A stretch of 64,000 nucleotides of DNA from a virus (Duplodnaviria; Caudoviricetes). Positions 1-7,723 of this stretch are shown in pieces (the first letter of the stretch is position 1; every line of letters begins with the position of its first letter). The notes beneath the pieces were generated by a model. The model saw only the letters and a list, made by a program, of their open reading frames with translations, was not told the DNA's origin and searched no databases. A program made the position numbers and the translations under genes. The stretch covers positions 1,065 through 65,064 of IMG/VR virus record IMGVR_UViG_3300027881_000012. One strand, given 5' to 3'.

Positions 1-123
1 GAGGGGATCCCGCTTTGCCAGCTGCCTAATTTCTTCATCGGGTGGGATCCCCTCGAGGCCCTTTCCGGTCCATTCGTGATCGCCTATAAGGCAAAGGAAT
101 TTGCCCCACAATTTTTTAAACAT
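1..123 (-). CDS. Hypothetical protein, 3' end outside the window (MFKKLWGKFLCLIGDHEW...)
   Basis: Hand translation from ATG at 123; AAGGTGAG upstream; open to the window edge. Confidence 0.55.
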   Translation of the reverse strand, partial: MFKKLWGKFLCLIGDHEWTGKGLEGIPPDEEIRQLAKRDPL

Positions 124-126
124 GGC

Positions 127-525
127 TCACCTTTGTTGGATCGTGCTCATTATGCTGGTCTGAAAATTTTGTAAATCGTTTTGAAATTGCCAGGTTATTG
201 CATCCATCAAAGCCGCGCCCATGCCCCTCTTGATAATTTCTTCGATCGTTTCCGCGAGCTTATCTTTGTTTTCCTTCATATAGACATTTACGGCCGCCTG
301 TACCTGGGGCTTTAAGATCTCGGTCAAGATGCCATGAATAAGGGGCTTTTCCTGGTGGCTGCTGTATCCATCCCGCAACTCTAAAGGCTCAAAAAATACC
401 TTGTCCACTCCGCGCTCGATTATCTTTTTGAGCTCATCGTCGGTCATTAGCTCCCCGATCGAATCGCGGATCCGGTCTAACATTCTATCTTCAAAACTTT
501 TTGCTTTCTGAATTTCGCCGGCCAT
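127..525 (-). CDS. Hypothetical helical protein
   Basis: 132-aa ORF with AAGGAG SD, in the - strand operon. Confidence 0.75.
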   Translation of the reverse strand: MAGEIQKAKSFEDRMLDRIRDSIGELMTDDELKKIIERGVDKVFFEPLELRDGYSSHQEKPLIHGILTEILKPQVQAAVNVYMKENKDKLAETIEEIIKRGMGAALMDAITWQFQNDLQNFQTSIMSTIQQR

Positions 526-540
526 TTAGATCTCCTTTCC

Positions 541-654
541 TTATAGCCGCATCCACCAGCTCAATAAATGCGGTGTTATCCAGGCGCCAATCAAAACAGC
601 GGCCAGGATAATTGCATAAACGAAAACGGTTGCATACATTTTTTGCTTGGTCAT
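541..654 (-). CDS. 37-aa single-TM mini-protein (MTKQKMYATVFVYAIILAAVLIGAWITPHLLSWWMRL)
   Basis: ATGA overlap with the upstream stop; fills the gap; hydrophobic helix; below the ORF-track cutoff. Confidence 0.6.
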   Translation of the reverse strand: MTKQKMYATVFVYAIILAAVLIGAWITPHLLSWWMRL

Positions 655-923
655 TTCTTATCCTCAAAATCAAACAGAATTTGATCCGGATCATACTTCA
701 CGGTGGCATCATCCTTTACCCGCGTTTTAACAAAATTGATCTCGGTTTTCTGGATGATCTTGCCGGCCTTATCCTGTTTAATTGTTACGCCAAAACCGAT
801 CTTGGCCTCTTTATCGCCGTTGACATACGCCTCGTCAATTTGATCCACATAATCATCAAAATACTTGCCGATCGTCGCCAGGGCATTTTCTTTAATCATG
901 CTCATTTTCAATTTGTTGGCCAT
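651..923 (-). CDS. Hypothetical protein
   Basis: 90-aa ORF with AGGAGG SD. Confidence 0.75.
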   Translation of the reverse strand: MANKLKMSMIKENALATIGKYFDDYVDQIDEAYVNGDKEAKIGFGVTIKQDKAGKIIQKTEINFVKTRVKDDATVKYDPDQILFDFEDKK

Positions 924-934
924 CTTCTACCTCC

Positions 935-1081
935 TTAATAGCATTTCGTTAAAACCGCCATCGTCCATAGAATAGCTAAAATAAAAAGCACTCTGTTATC
1001 TTGCCGCCTAAATCTGCGCTGTGCTTCACCCTCTGGACCTCTGCGTTTATAATATGCTCGTACTTTCCGCCGGCTCGCCAT
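935..1081 (-). CDS. 48-aa basic mini-protein with C-terminal TM helix
   Basis: Hand translation MASRRKVRAYYKRR...VLFILAILWTMAVLTKCY; AGGAG SD; fills the gap. Confidence 0.6.
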   Translation of the reverse strand: MASRRKVRAYYKRRGPEGEAQRRFRRQDNRVLFILAILWTMAVLTKCY

Positions 1082-1091
1082 TTCTAAGCTC

Positions 1092-1298
1092 CTATTCGAA
1101 TAGCTTTAATTGATCTTTGTCTTTGTCTTGTTTCTCGCGGAAGGTTATTGCCTGGGGCCCTAAGAAGATCTCAACTATCGCGCCGCATTTCCGGCACTCT
1201 AAATGCACTTCCTCGCCGCGCTTTATTTCCTGGTCAAGCTCCACAAAGGGCCGATCTTCAAGGCACTTCGGACATGGGCCAATATTCCTGGCGTTCAT
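1092..1298 (-). CDS. Zinc-ribbon protein
   Basis: CPKC...CRKC. Confidence 0.7.
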   Translation of the reverse strand: MNARNIGPCPKCLEDRPFVELDQEIKRGEEVHLECRKCGAIVEIFLGPQAITFREKQDKDKDQLKLFE

Positions 1299-1669
1299 CC
1301 TGGCTCGGTATCCTCGCTGGTTTCGGTTTCACCCTCGCGCCGCTCTCGATCGCCTGGGTGGTCCTCCGGATCCCGCCGCGTATCATCCGGCGCCGTTTCC
1401 GGTATTTCCTCGACGGTTTGGCCGCCGGTCAATGATGGCCGCTCCGGTTCGGCTACGGCGCTAATCGATTTATTGCACTCATAAAAGGCCTTTTCGTATC
1501 CCTGGGGATCCGCCAGGTACTTTTTAAGATCGATTAGCATCCTGGCCGGCGTCGAATAAGACAAGCGAGCGCAGCCCACATTGACAATGCAGCCACCATT
1601 TACCGTCGGAATGATCTTAATGTCATACGGAAAGGCCAGCTCCAATTTGATCTCTTTTTTAGAGGTCAT
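1295..1669 (-). CDS. Hypothetical protein (start reassigned to MTSKKEIK)
   Basis: ATG at 1669 with GGAGGG SD, overlapping the end of the upstream gene. Confidence 0.65.
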   Translation of the reverse strand: MTSKKEIKLELAFPYDIKIIPTVNGGCIVNVGCARLSYSTPARMLIDLKKYLADPQGYEKAFYECNKSISAVAEPERPSLTGGQTVEEIPETAPDDTRRDPEDHPGDRERREGETETSEDTEPG

Positions 1670-2045
1670 GGGTGCCCTCCGTTCCCCGCGCCTCTCGGCC
1701 GGCGGTCCTGGTTTCAAGTGCGTAAAGCGCATCCTGTAAGTGTAAGAGGGCGGTCGCGTTCTCATCACACTTAAATTTAGATTTTTGATAAAACTGGATC
1801 CGATCGATAGCCGCAAAAATGATCTTCTCGACAAAGGCGCCGTTGGGGATCCGCCGATCTTTGCCGCGCCCCAGGGGCCCCATCTGCCATGAAATGTTAA
1901 AGCCCAGGCCGCTTGATACTCCGCCGGCCGGATTTTCGTCACTATCTACCCAATGCTCGCTAAAAAAATCCATCGGCGCCACTGCCATTTTTGCCAGGTC
2001 TTTTTCGGTGGTTTCAATTCCTGGTCGTTCTTCTTCATTAATCAT
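1659..2045 (-). CDS. tad1: Tad1/Acb2-family anti-defence sponge protein (Thoeris/CBASS signal sequestration)
   Basis: ISWQMGP...NGAFVE...IDRIQFYQKSKFKCDENATALLHLQDAL...RTAGREARGTEGTH matches the Tad1 pattern IxFQxG...G...DRLxxFQxGxF..RENAxALxxxEEAL..R..R..RxVxGT. Confidence 0.8.
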   Translation of the reverse strand: MINEEERPGIETTEKDLAKMAVAPMDFFSEHWVDSDENPAGGVSSGLGFNISWQMGPLGRGKDRRIPNGAFVEKIIFAAIDRIQFYQKSKFKCDENATALLHLQDALYALETRTAGREARGTEGTHDL

Positions 2046-2539
2046 CTTTTAGGATCTCCTTTCCTTTTGTAAAATAATAATTCTGTACTACAACCCAATA
2101 CCTTTGCCCATTCTTCTCGCGTTTTAGGGCTCAGATCGCGCCGGCCCCAAATAACTTTTGAAATAATGGACTCATCTACCTTGATCGCCTGTGCAAAATC
2201 AGACGATGTTCCAAATTTTTCTATGATTTTTATCCTTAACATTAAACGCGGTGGCATGCCCTTTTTCCGCCGGTTTCTCCTTTTAAGGTCTTTTTCTATT
2301 ATGTGTGACCACAAAGCTAATTTGCCTATATCTGGCAGGCTCTTTGGCTGTTCGGTCAACTCATCTAAAAACTGCATAACACAATCAAGCGCCTCTAAGT
2401 GGCTCGGATCCAGGCCCTCATATTTCTGTGGTTCACCCTCATCAAGCGCCTGGTGTACTCCCTCGAGATAGCCGCTTAACCAAAAATGGATTTGCCGGAT
2501 CGATTCTTTAATCGTATCATCAATGGGCATTTGCATCAT
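2042..2539 (-). CDS. Protein with C-terminal XRE-type HTH
   Basis: KFGTSSDFAQAIKVDESIISKVIWGRR...WAKVLG. Confidence 0.65.
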   Translation of the reverse strand: MMQMPIDDTIKESIRQIHFWLSGYLEGVHQALDEGEPQKYEGLDPSHLEALDCVMQFLDELTEQPKSLPDIGKLALWSHIIEKDLKRRNRRKKGMPPRLMLRIKIIEKFGTSSDFAQAIKVDESIISKVIWGRRDLSPKTREEWAKVLGCSTELLFYKRKGDPKR

Positions 2540-2564
2540 TTTAGCAATCCTCGCTATTTATTCA

Positions 2565-2900
2565 TTAATTTATGGACTTCTCGCTGCCAATAATCGCGCT
2601 GGTTTTGGCATTGTTTAGATCGAGCCTGGCCGGCTGGTCGCCTGGGTTTCTCGCGCTGACGGCCGTTAATTCCTCAACTTTTTGCTGCCAATACCATAGC
2701 TGCTGCTGTGCCGCGCTGGTCTGTTGCGTTTTCTGGATCTGGATCATTTGTTTTTGTAGGTCCGAGATCCAGAGCTCGGCCACTTCTCGAGTCGCGTATC
2801 TATCATCGATGCCCCAGGCCACACCGAGCAGGGCCGATACGCCTAAAATAACCGCCGAAACTTGCTTGAATCTTCCATTGAAACTGGATTTTTTAATCAT
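2565..2900 (-). CDS. Membrane-anchored coiled-coil protein; probable 1-nt frameshift near the 3' end
   Basis: N-terminal TM helix; the -1 frame after LNNAK gives NQRDYWQREVHKLMNK, echoing YWQQKVEEL. Confidence 0.6.
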   Translation of the reverse strand: MIKKSSFNGRFKQVSAVILGVSALLGVAWGIDDRYATREVAELWISDLQKQMIQIQKTQQTSAAQQQLWYWQQKVEELTAVSARNPGDQPARLDLNNAKTSAIIGSEKSIN

Positions 2901-3226
2901 GTTTTGCTCCTTTCGAATTCTTCCCTTAGAAGTTTTAAAACACGATCCAGCTCCTTTGGATCACAATATGGGTGAAACTTCCTCCTGTGTCGTAAAATTA
3001 GATAGATAGCTGCTATATTTAAGATCTCGGCCTTTTTGCCTTGCCCTGCTATTACCTTATCCGATTTATCCGCGAAATCCTTAACAGCCTCGCCTATTAG
3101 GTCCATGCTTTGTTGAATTTCGCAGACCGCGAGCTCTACTTTCTTATCTCAGAGATCTAAGACGGTCCGGATAATCTCATCGAGCGTTGATATTTTCCTG
3201 GGCCGCCCTGGTCCGCGCTTTTTCAA
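2897..3226 (-). pseudogene. AT-hook-led ORF interrupted by an in-frame TGA (3149-3151)
   Basis: TTG start overlapping the upstream stop; KKRGPGRPRK...VLDL*DKKVELAVCEIQQS continues in frame into ORF 2897..3106. Confidence 0.5.
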
Positions 3227-3780
3227 TCTAATCCCCAATAGGCAATATAGGCCGGTATATTCTCGGGGATCGGCTCATAAAGCGACGTAAACCCCTTGTG
3301 GCATTTTTTATTTTTATAGCGTACAGCCTTTATAAATCTAGCAATCGCCGGCCGGCCGGCCTCTGTGTTGTCCGGTGACTCCTGGCTAAATCGCCAGGTT
3401 GGGCCAGTGGCCCTGCCCTCTTTTGGTGGTTCGATGCCCTGGGCCTTTAACCAATTCATTATATCCTCGGACGTAAAATTCTCACCTGGAAAAGCCCGCA
3501 TGTATCTAATCGCGCCCTTTTTATATTCTTTGTTCCAAACCTTGTTTATCACTTTGCGGTCCTGGGCATTTTGGGCCCTCATTCCATCCTTGTCCGCATA
3601 ATAATAACCGTCTTTATGAATATCGCCGTCTTTCCTTTTGCCATCATCCCCGAATAGGCCTCTTTGTTTTCCCATGCCGGCCCTATCTCTATGACATTTG
3701 CATGAGCATGAAACGCGATCTGTTAATCTTTTATCAACCGCGCAGCGCCAGGCATCTGAAAATTTACAATCACAATCCAT
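3223..3780 (-). CDS. Hypothetical protein with Cys-rich N-terminus
   Basis: 185-aa ORF, GGAGG SD. Confidence 0.7.
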   Translation of the reverse strand: MDCDCKFSDAWRCAVDKRLTDRVSCSCKCHRDRAGMGKQRGLFGDDGKRKDGDIHKDGYYYADKDGMRAQNAQDRKVINKVWNKEYKKGAIRYMRAFPGENFTSEDIMNWLKAQGIEPPKEGRATGPTWRFSQESPDNTEAGRPAIARFIKAVRYKNKKCHKGFTSLYEPIPENIPAYIAYWGLD

Positions 3781-3793
3781 AGCAACCTCCTGG

Positions 3794-4159
3794 TTATTTA
3801 TGTACCCAACACTGAAATTTCTTTTTATAAACCAACTTGCCGTATTCTGCTATATTATCCCACACCCCAGGATCCGGATGAAACCAATTACCGCAGCGTT
3901 CATATTTTTGAGTGATCTCGCTACACTGAACATAATAACCGCCCTCTCGATATTTTTCAAAAGCCCTTAAAGCCTCTACGCTTACGCCGTTAGCCTCGGC
4001 CTCCCAGGCCTCCGGATCCCTGGCGTACTTAATCAGTTCTTGTGGTGAGATATACCGAAAACCGCCATCGGTGCATGGCACCGTATATTCAGAGAATTTT
4101 GAATAATAATCTAAAACCTTCAAATCGCTCTTTCTGCGCATCCGTATTTTATCGGCCAT
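3794..4159 (-). CDS. Hypothetical protein, possible Zn-binding C-terminus
   Basis: 121-aa ORF, GGAGG SD, C...C...CxxH. Confidence 0.7.
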   Translation of the reverse strand: MADKIRMRRKSDLKVLDYYSKFSEYTVPCTDGGFRYISPQELIKYARDPEAWEAEANGVSVEALRAFEKYREGGYYVQCSEITQKYERCGNWFHPDPGVWDNIAEYGKLVYKKKFQCWVHK

Positions 4160-4173
4160 TTCAACCTCCTGGT

Positions 4174-4608
4174 TTATCTAAACGGATCCAAATAGCCGGC
4201 CAGGCGGTCTTTTCTAATCGGCCGGACCTTGATAAAGGCGTTTGACTTGCTGGCTGCCTCAAAGCTGGTTGTCTTAGATCCGCCGCCGCTCGCTCCGATC
4301 GTGCGCTTGCTATCGAGGCAAAATTCAACATGAATAATCCGGTCTTTGGCTTTGTTCCACCAAAAAGCCAGGCATCCAAGTTGAGGCTCGGCCCTTTCTT
4401 TGCCGGCGAATTCATCCCATAAATGGTGGGCGGTATAATCGCCGGACCTGGGCAGGCGCCCGACTGATTTGAGGATTTCGATTATATAGCCGCTGCAATC
4501 AAAGCCTGTGCCTGGATCATCGCCGCCCCATCTGTAAGGCAGGCCGTGTAATGACATAGCCACTTCCCGAGCTAATTTTAAATCTGAAATTAATTCATGG
4601 TTTTCCAT
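4174..4608 (-). CDS. NlpC/P60 (C40) peptidoglycan peptidase, candidate endolysin
   Basis: PYRWGG...GFDCSG catalytic Cys motif and HVE His. Confidence 0.88.
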   Translation of the reverse strand: MENHELISDLKLAREVAMSLHGLPYRWGGDDPGTGFDCSGYIIEILKSVGRLPRSGDYTAHHLWDEFAGKERAEPQLGCLAFWWNKAKDRIIHVEFCLDSKRTIGASGGGSKTTSFEAASKSNAFIKVRPIRKDRLAGYLDPFR

Positions 4609-4795
4609 CTTTAACCTCCCATGTTATTCGGCCGTTTTCTGTTTTGATCGAGCCCTTGCCGCCGATATAGGGCCCCTCTTGTTCAAGATAAGCGAGATGA
4701 TTTTCTATTATTCTCTTAAATTTATCCGTTAAAAATTCTTGATCGCCGCCATAGTCTACTTTGTATTCAACATTTAAAATTCTAATCAGGCTCAT
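4595..4795 (-). CDS. Hypothetical protein
   Basis: Overlaps both neighbours in the operon. Confidence 0.6.
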   Translation of the reverse strand: MSLIRILNVEYKVDYGGDQEFLTDKFKRIIENHLAYLEQEGPYIGGKGSIKTENGRITWEVKDGKP

Positions 4796-5018
4796 CTTTT
4801 TGTTTCTCCGCTATCACTTTGGCCATAGCGGCCTTATATGATTTATCAATTATCGCCTGCTCGCGCTGTACCCAGGCGATAAGCTCGCCGGCAAATTTTG
4901 GGTTTTTCTCTTTTATCGTTTCGGCGTATGTAAGCATGGCCAGCCGGCTTGCCGATCCGAATAGATCGTTACTGGCCGGTTTTAAAACAAAATATTTCAT
5001 AACTAAGGCGTCGCTCAT
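4782..5018 (-). CDS. Hypothetical phage protein (KYFVLKP...ASRxAMxxYA type)
   Basis: 78-aa ORF with ATGA coupling. Confidence 0.7.
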   Translation of the reverse strand: MSDALVMKYFVLKPASNDLFGSASRLAMLTYAETIKEKNPKFAGELIAWVQREQAIIDKSYKAAMAKVIAEKQKDEPD

Positions 5019-5248
5019 TTGTTTATCCCCGCCTCTAAATGTTTAAGCGCATCGTCCAGGGCCTCGCGGTATCCTTTGCCGATACGCTGATAAAGTGCCC
5101 GCTGCATATCGTTTGGTAAAAACCGATAGCATCTATAACAAAGCGATTTCATCTCCTTTTTGTAGCTGTCGCAGCCTGGGCACTCGTTTGATTTTAACGA
5201 TTTTAGGTAAAAAGCGTTGTCGTTTGCTCTTGGTAATCCATCGGCCAT
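5015..5248 (-). CDS. Zn-finger hypothetical protein
   Basis: CPGC...CYRC; GGAGG SD. Confidence 0.7.
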   Translation of the reverse strand: MADGLPRANDNAFYLKSLKSNECPGCDSYKKEMKSLCYRCYRFLPNDMQRALYQRIGKGYREALDDALKHLEAGINK

Positions 5249-5261
5249 TACCGGCCTCCTT

Positions 5262-5507
5262 TCAAATCCGCTCTATGCCCATAACGCATAAACTATTAGG
5301 CAATCCGAATTCGCCTTTTAAGAAATAAGTCACTTCTACCGCTACCTTGCGGCCGGTGTACCGCTCGGTTTCATTGTTCCATTCTCTTAAAACCAATACA
5401 TCTTGCACGTTAAAATCTCGATCATCCTCGCGTACATCAAATTTCTTAATGCCGGCAAAGATCGATTGAAAAGACTCTGGCCATGTTTTAAGTGTGTGGA
5501 TTTCCAT
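5262..5507 (-). CDS. ASCH/PUA-like DUF3850 domain protein (start at MEIHTLK)
   Basis: HTLKTWPESF..I..G.KKFDVREDDRDFNVQDVLVLREW...YTGR...VTY. Confidence 0.85.
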   Translation of the reverse strand: MEIHTLKTWPESFQSIFAGIKKFDVREDDRDFNVQDVLVLREWNNETERYTGRKVAVEVTYFLKGEFGLPNSLCVMGIERI

Positions 5508-5736
5508 TTTTATGATCCTCCATAGCTTGATTGAGAAAACTGTTAATATCTTCCAGGCATCCCTTATTAAAAATTGTTGCTGGCCTCGGATAAAAGCAAT
5601 ACTGGCGCCAGGGCCCATACCATTTGACGGTCCCGAGTTGAGCGCCGTAATCACGGTTGTTATGGCAAAACCAAGTTTTTGTTTTAGGATTGTCCGGACC
5701 AGGTTCAAAATGAATATACTGATATTTGGTTTTCAT
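5488..5736 (-). CDS. Hypothetical phage protein (start at MKTKYQY)
   Basis: LGTVKWYGPWRQYCFYP...FNKGCLEDI motif; TAATG coupling. Confidence 0.7.
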   Translation of the reverse strand: MKTKYQYIHFEPGPDNPKTKTWFCHNNRDYGAQLGTVKWYGPWRQYCFYPRPATIFNKGCLEDINSFLNQAMEDHKNGNPHT

Positions 5737-5975
5737 TAACCGCCTTTTAAAATCTTCTTGCCATGCTTCATTAACAGCTTGCCGAGATCGATAGCCTGGC
5801 CGGCGTTCAAACCAAACCATTTAACCTCTTTTCCAAAATTAACTATGACCTTGCCCTGGCTGCGATAGATCCCTATTTGTATCTCGCCTTGATCGTGCGG
5901 GCTTATTTGGCCCTCCGGAAATTTACCGGTGGCGCCTAAAAAATCCTCGAGGGTGGCTTTCTTTTTAGTCGACAA
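5736..5975 (-). CDS. Hypothetical protein, paralogue of the C-terminal domain of 63253..63675
   Basis: TTG start with AAGGA SD; GKVIVNFGKEVKWFGL vs GQIVVDFGQSISWMAM. Confidence 0.65.
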   Translation of the reverse strand: MSTKKKATLEDFLGATGKFPEGQISPHDQGEIQIGIYRSQGKVIVNFGKEVKWFGLNAGQAIDLGKLLMKHGKKILKGG

Positions 5976-6414
5976 GTTCAAATCCTTTGTATTGAGCCTC
6001 AAATTTTTTCAATCTCAATTTACCTTTGGTGGATCCGAAACTCTTACGCCAGTTTTCGCATGATCCACAAAGAATTAAAGCCGATTGCGTTTTCTCGGCC
6101 TCGGCGTGAGGCGCGTATTTCACAAAATAATAGCCGGCGCCTTTGCACTCGTCGCACTGTTCATTAACCGCTTTCGGCTTTGCATCCGGATTGTCGACAA
6201 AATAAAGTTTGATGAATTCCTTTAATTTAAACAGCATATTATAGGGCCGCCGGCCGAGCTCAACTTTCATTATATCCAAAACGGCCGCCAGTGTTTGCAA
6301 TTCCAGTTTTTCAACGTGCCAAAACCAGCTATCGACCGTCGCATATTGGGGCTTTTCTATGCCGGTCGACTCGTAAAACTCATCCATCAAGAGTCGATAT
6401 TCTTTAATTTCCAC
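5965..6414 (-). CDS. Replication-linked Zn-binding protein (position of a helicase loader/P-like gene)
   Basis: Directly follows the initiator; CDECKGAG...CGSC. Confidence 0.55.
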   Translation of the reverse strand: MEIKEYRLLMDEFYESTGIEKPQYATVDSWFWHVEKLELQTLAAVLDIMKVELGRRPYNMLFKLKEFIKLYFVDNPDAKPKAVNEQCDECKGAGYYFVKYAPHAEAEKTQSALILCGSCENWRKSFGSTKGKLRLKKFEAQYKGFELVD

Positions 6415-7286
6415 TGCTTAAATTCCTCCGCGTCTATGTTGTTATCCAGGCAATATGTTAAGGCCGCTTGCTGGCCGCTATCTCTCAGGATCCCCGCCGC
6501 GATCGTAAACTTGCGCTCTTTAATCCGCTGCTTTTCAGATGTTACAAGTTTTTTGCTGCGCCTGGCCTCTTGTAAATATCCCTCAAATTTAGTCGGCCGA
6601 AATAAAGTGCCTGGCCTCAGATATGCGATCATCTTAGGATCGCCTAACCATTGATCGGTTTTGATTGTGATAACGTCTTTAATATCTTGCTCGGTGTATC
6701 CGGATTTAAACCGCGCTCGGATCGCCGCCCTGGTTTCCTTTGCCGTATGGTCAAATTTAGATCCGGTCATAGCATTTAGAAATTCAATGATTCGTTCATA
6801 AGGTGGGGGAGCTGGCGCCGGTTTTTTTTCGGCGCCCTTACTTTCTTTTATACTTTCTTTCTTATTTTCTTTTATAAAGGTGCGATTTACTCCTGGGCCA
6901 ACTGGTGTGGCCCCTGGGCCAACTGGTTTGGCCTGTCGATCACGGTTTGGCTCCTGGGCCAATGGTTTCCATTTTTTATAATACTTATTAAATCGGTATG
7001 TTTTAACCTGTTGATTGGCTCCCAGGCTAACACTTATTACATTTCTTTTTATCAGCTTAGATCTTGCTTTTCCTATGTGCCATGATGGTAGTTCGGTCAA
7101 GGCCATCAGCTCGCCGGTTTCAATTTTAGCTGACTTCCGACCATAAACACCATACGTTAATCTTAAAATCGCTGTTATTAATCGGCTCTCTGCATTGGTG
7201 AATTTTGTCTTGCAAAGCGCCTCCAAAATCTCGTTTGCTATCCTGGTATAACCATCCTCGAGCTGTGGGGCGCCTTTATCCGGCAT
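6387..7286 (-). CDS. Phage replication initiator (lambda O-like N-terminus plus conserved phage C-terminal domain)
   Basis: PQLEDGYTRIANEILEAL...ILRLTYG; IIEFLN..TG..F...W..DPKM..YLRP.TLF..KFEGYL. Confidence 0.88.
   Translation of the reverse strand: MPDKGAPQLEDGYTRIANEILEALCKTKFTNAESRLITAILRLTYGVYGRKSAKIETGELMALTELPSWHIGKARSKLIKRNVISVSLGANQQVKTYRFNKYYKKWKPLAQEPNRDRQAKPVGPGATPVGPGVNRTFIKENKKESIKESKGAEKKPAPAPPPYERIIEFLNAMTGSKFDHTAKETRAAIRARFKSGYTEQDIKDVITIKTDQWLGDPKMIAYLRPGTLFRPTKFEGYLQEARRSKKLVTSEKQRIKERKFTIAAGILRDSGQQAALTYCLDNNIDAEEFKQWKLKNIDS
6841..6970. repeat. Putative replication origin: iterons plus AT-rich tract inside the initiator gene
   Basis: CCTGGGCCAACTGGT at 6892 and 6913, degenerate copy at about 6932, CCTGGGCCAATGGT at 6953 (about 20-bp period), next to a T-rich tract at 6841-6878. 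Confidence 0.7.
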
Positions 7287-7303
7287 CTGTTTTGATCTCC
7301 GCC

Positions 7304-7380
7304 AATAAAAAAGCCTGGTAGTTTTCCGCCGGTCTGTAAAACCGCTATGGCCTCACAACCATAGAAACTACCAGGCCCGT
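7304..7380 (-). ncRNA. Three-way-junction RNA element with U-tract (attenuator or C4-like) between cro and the initiator
   Basis: 12-bp perfect stem GCCUGGUAGUUU/AAACUACCAGGC enclosing hairpins CUAUGG-UUGUGAGG-CCAUAG and CGGU-UUUACAG-ACCG, followed by UUUUUUAUU. Confidence 0.6.
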
Positions 7381-7395
7381 AATAATGTAGCCTCC

Positions 7396-7620
7396 TTACA
7401 GAGTTGCGGATTCTTCTATATTAAATAGCTCGCCCCTGGGCATTTTAAGTGCCTTTGCTATCTTTTTTTCTTCCTCGTCGGTCGGCCGCATCCGGCCGCG
7501 TTTAATATTTGAGATTGTACCCTCCGCTATGCCGGCCAGTTTGGCTAAACCGCCTTGCTCGAGTCCATTGTCGCGCAGCGCCTTTTCCATAGCCCAATTA
7601 TGATACTTTTCGATTTTCAT
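7396..7620 (-). CDS. Cro-like XRE HTH regulator
   Basis: GLEQGGLAKLAGIAEGTISNIKRG...IAKAL; first gene of the leftward operon. Confidence 0.85.
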   Translation of the reverse strand: MKIEKYHNWAMEKALRDNGLEQGGLAKLAGIAEGTISNIKRGRMRPTDEEEKKIAKALKMPRGELFNIEESATL

Positions 7621-7649
7621 TTATCCCTCCGATTTTGGGTGTAATCTAT

Positions 7650-7678
7650 TTCTTAAAAGGATAGGAAAACTTTGTCAA
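7650..7678 (-). promoter_or_regulatory. Possible leftward sigma70 promoter
   Basis: TTGACA (7678-7673), 17 bp, TAAGAA; weak -10. Confidence 0.4.
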
Positions 7679-7693
7679 TAACAAAAAAAGGAA

Positions 7694-7723
7694 TTGACAT
7701 AGTTTTTTTTAGTAGTGTATAAT
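7694..7723 (+). promoter_or_regulatory. Consensus sigma70 early promoter
   Basis: TTGACA-18 bp-TATAAT upstream of the + strand operon. Confidence 0.8.

Noticed and set aside
1-54. Inverted repeat GAGGGGATCCC...GGGATCCCCTC
   Set aside because: Lies within a coding frame and is largely explained by two GGATCC palindromes
1670-1942. N-terminal extensions in the ORF track (1295..1942, 5262..5708, 12357, 9764, 10866, 54438, 55276, 63909)
   Set aside because: They overlap better-supported neighbouring genes; downstream starts with SD sequences were chosen instead
7325-7345. tRNA-Tyr-like anticodon loop GGT-CTGTAAA-ACC on the + strand
   Set aside because: No D arm, T arm (TTCGA) or CCA end; it is part of the three-way-junction element
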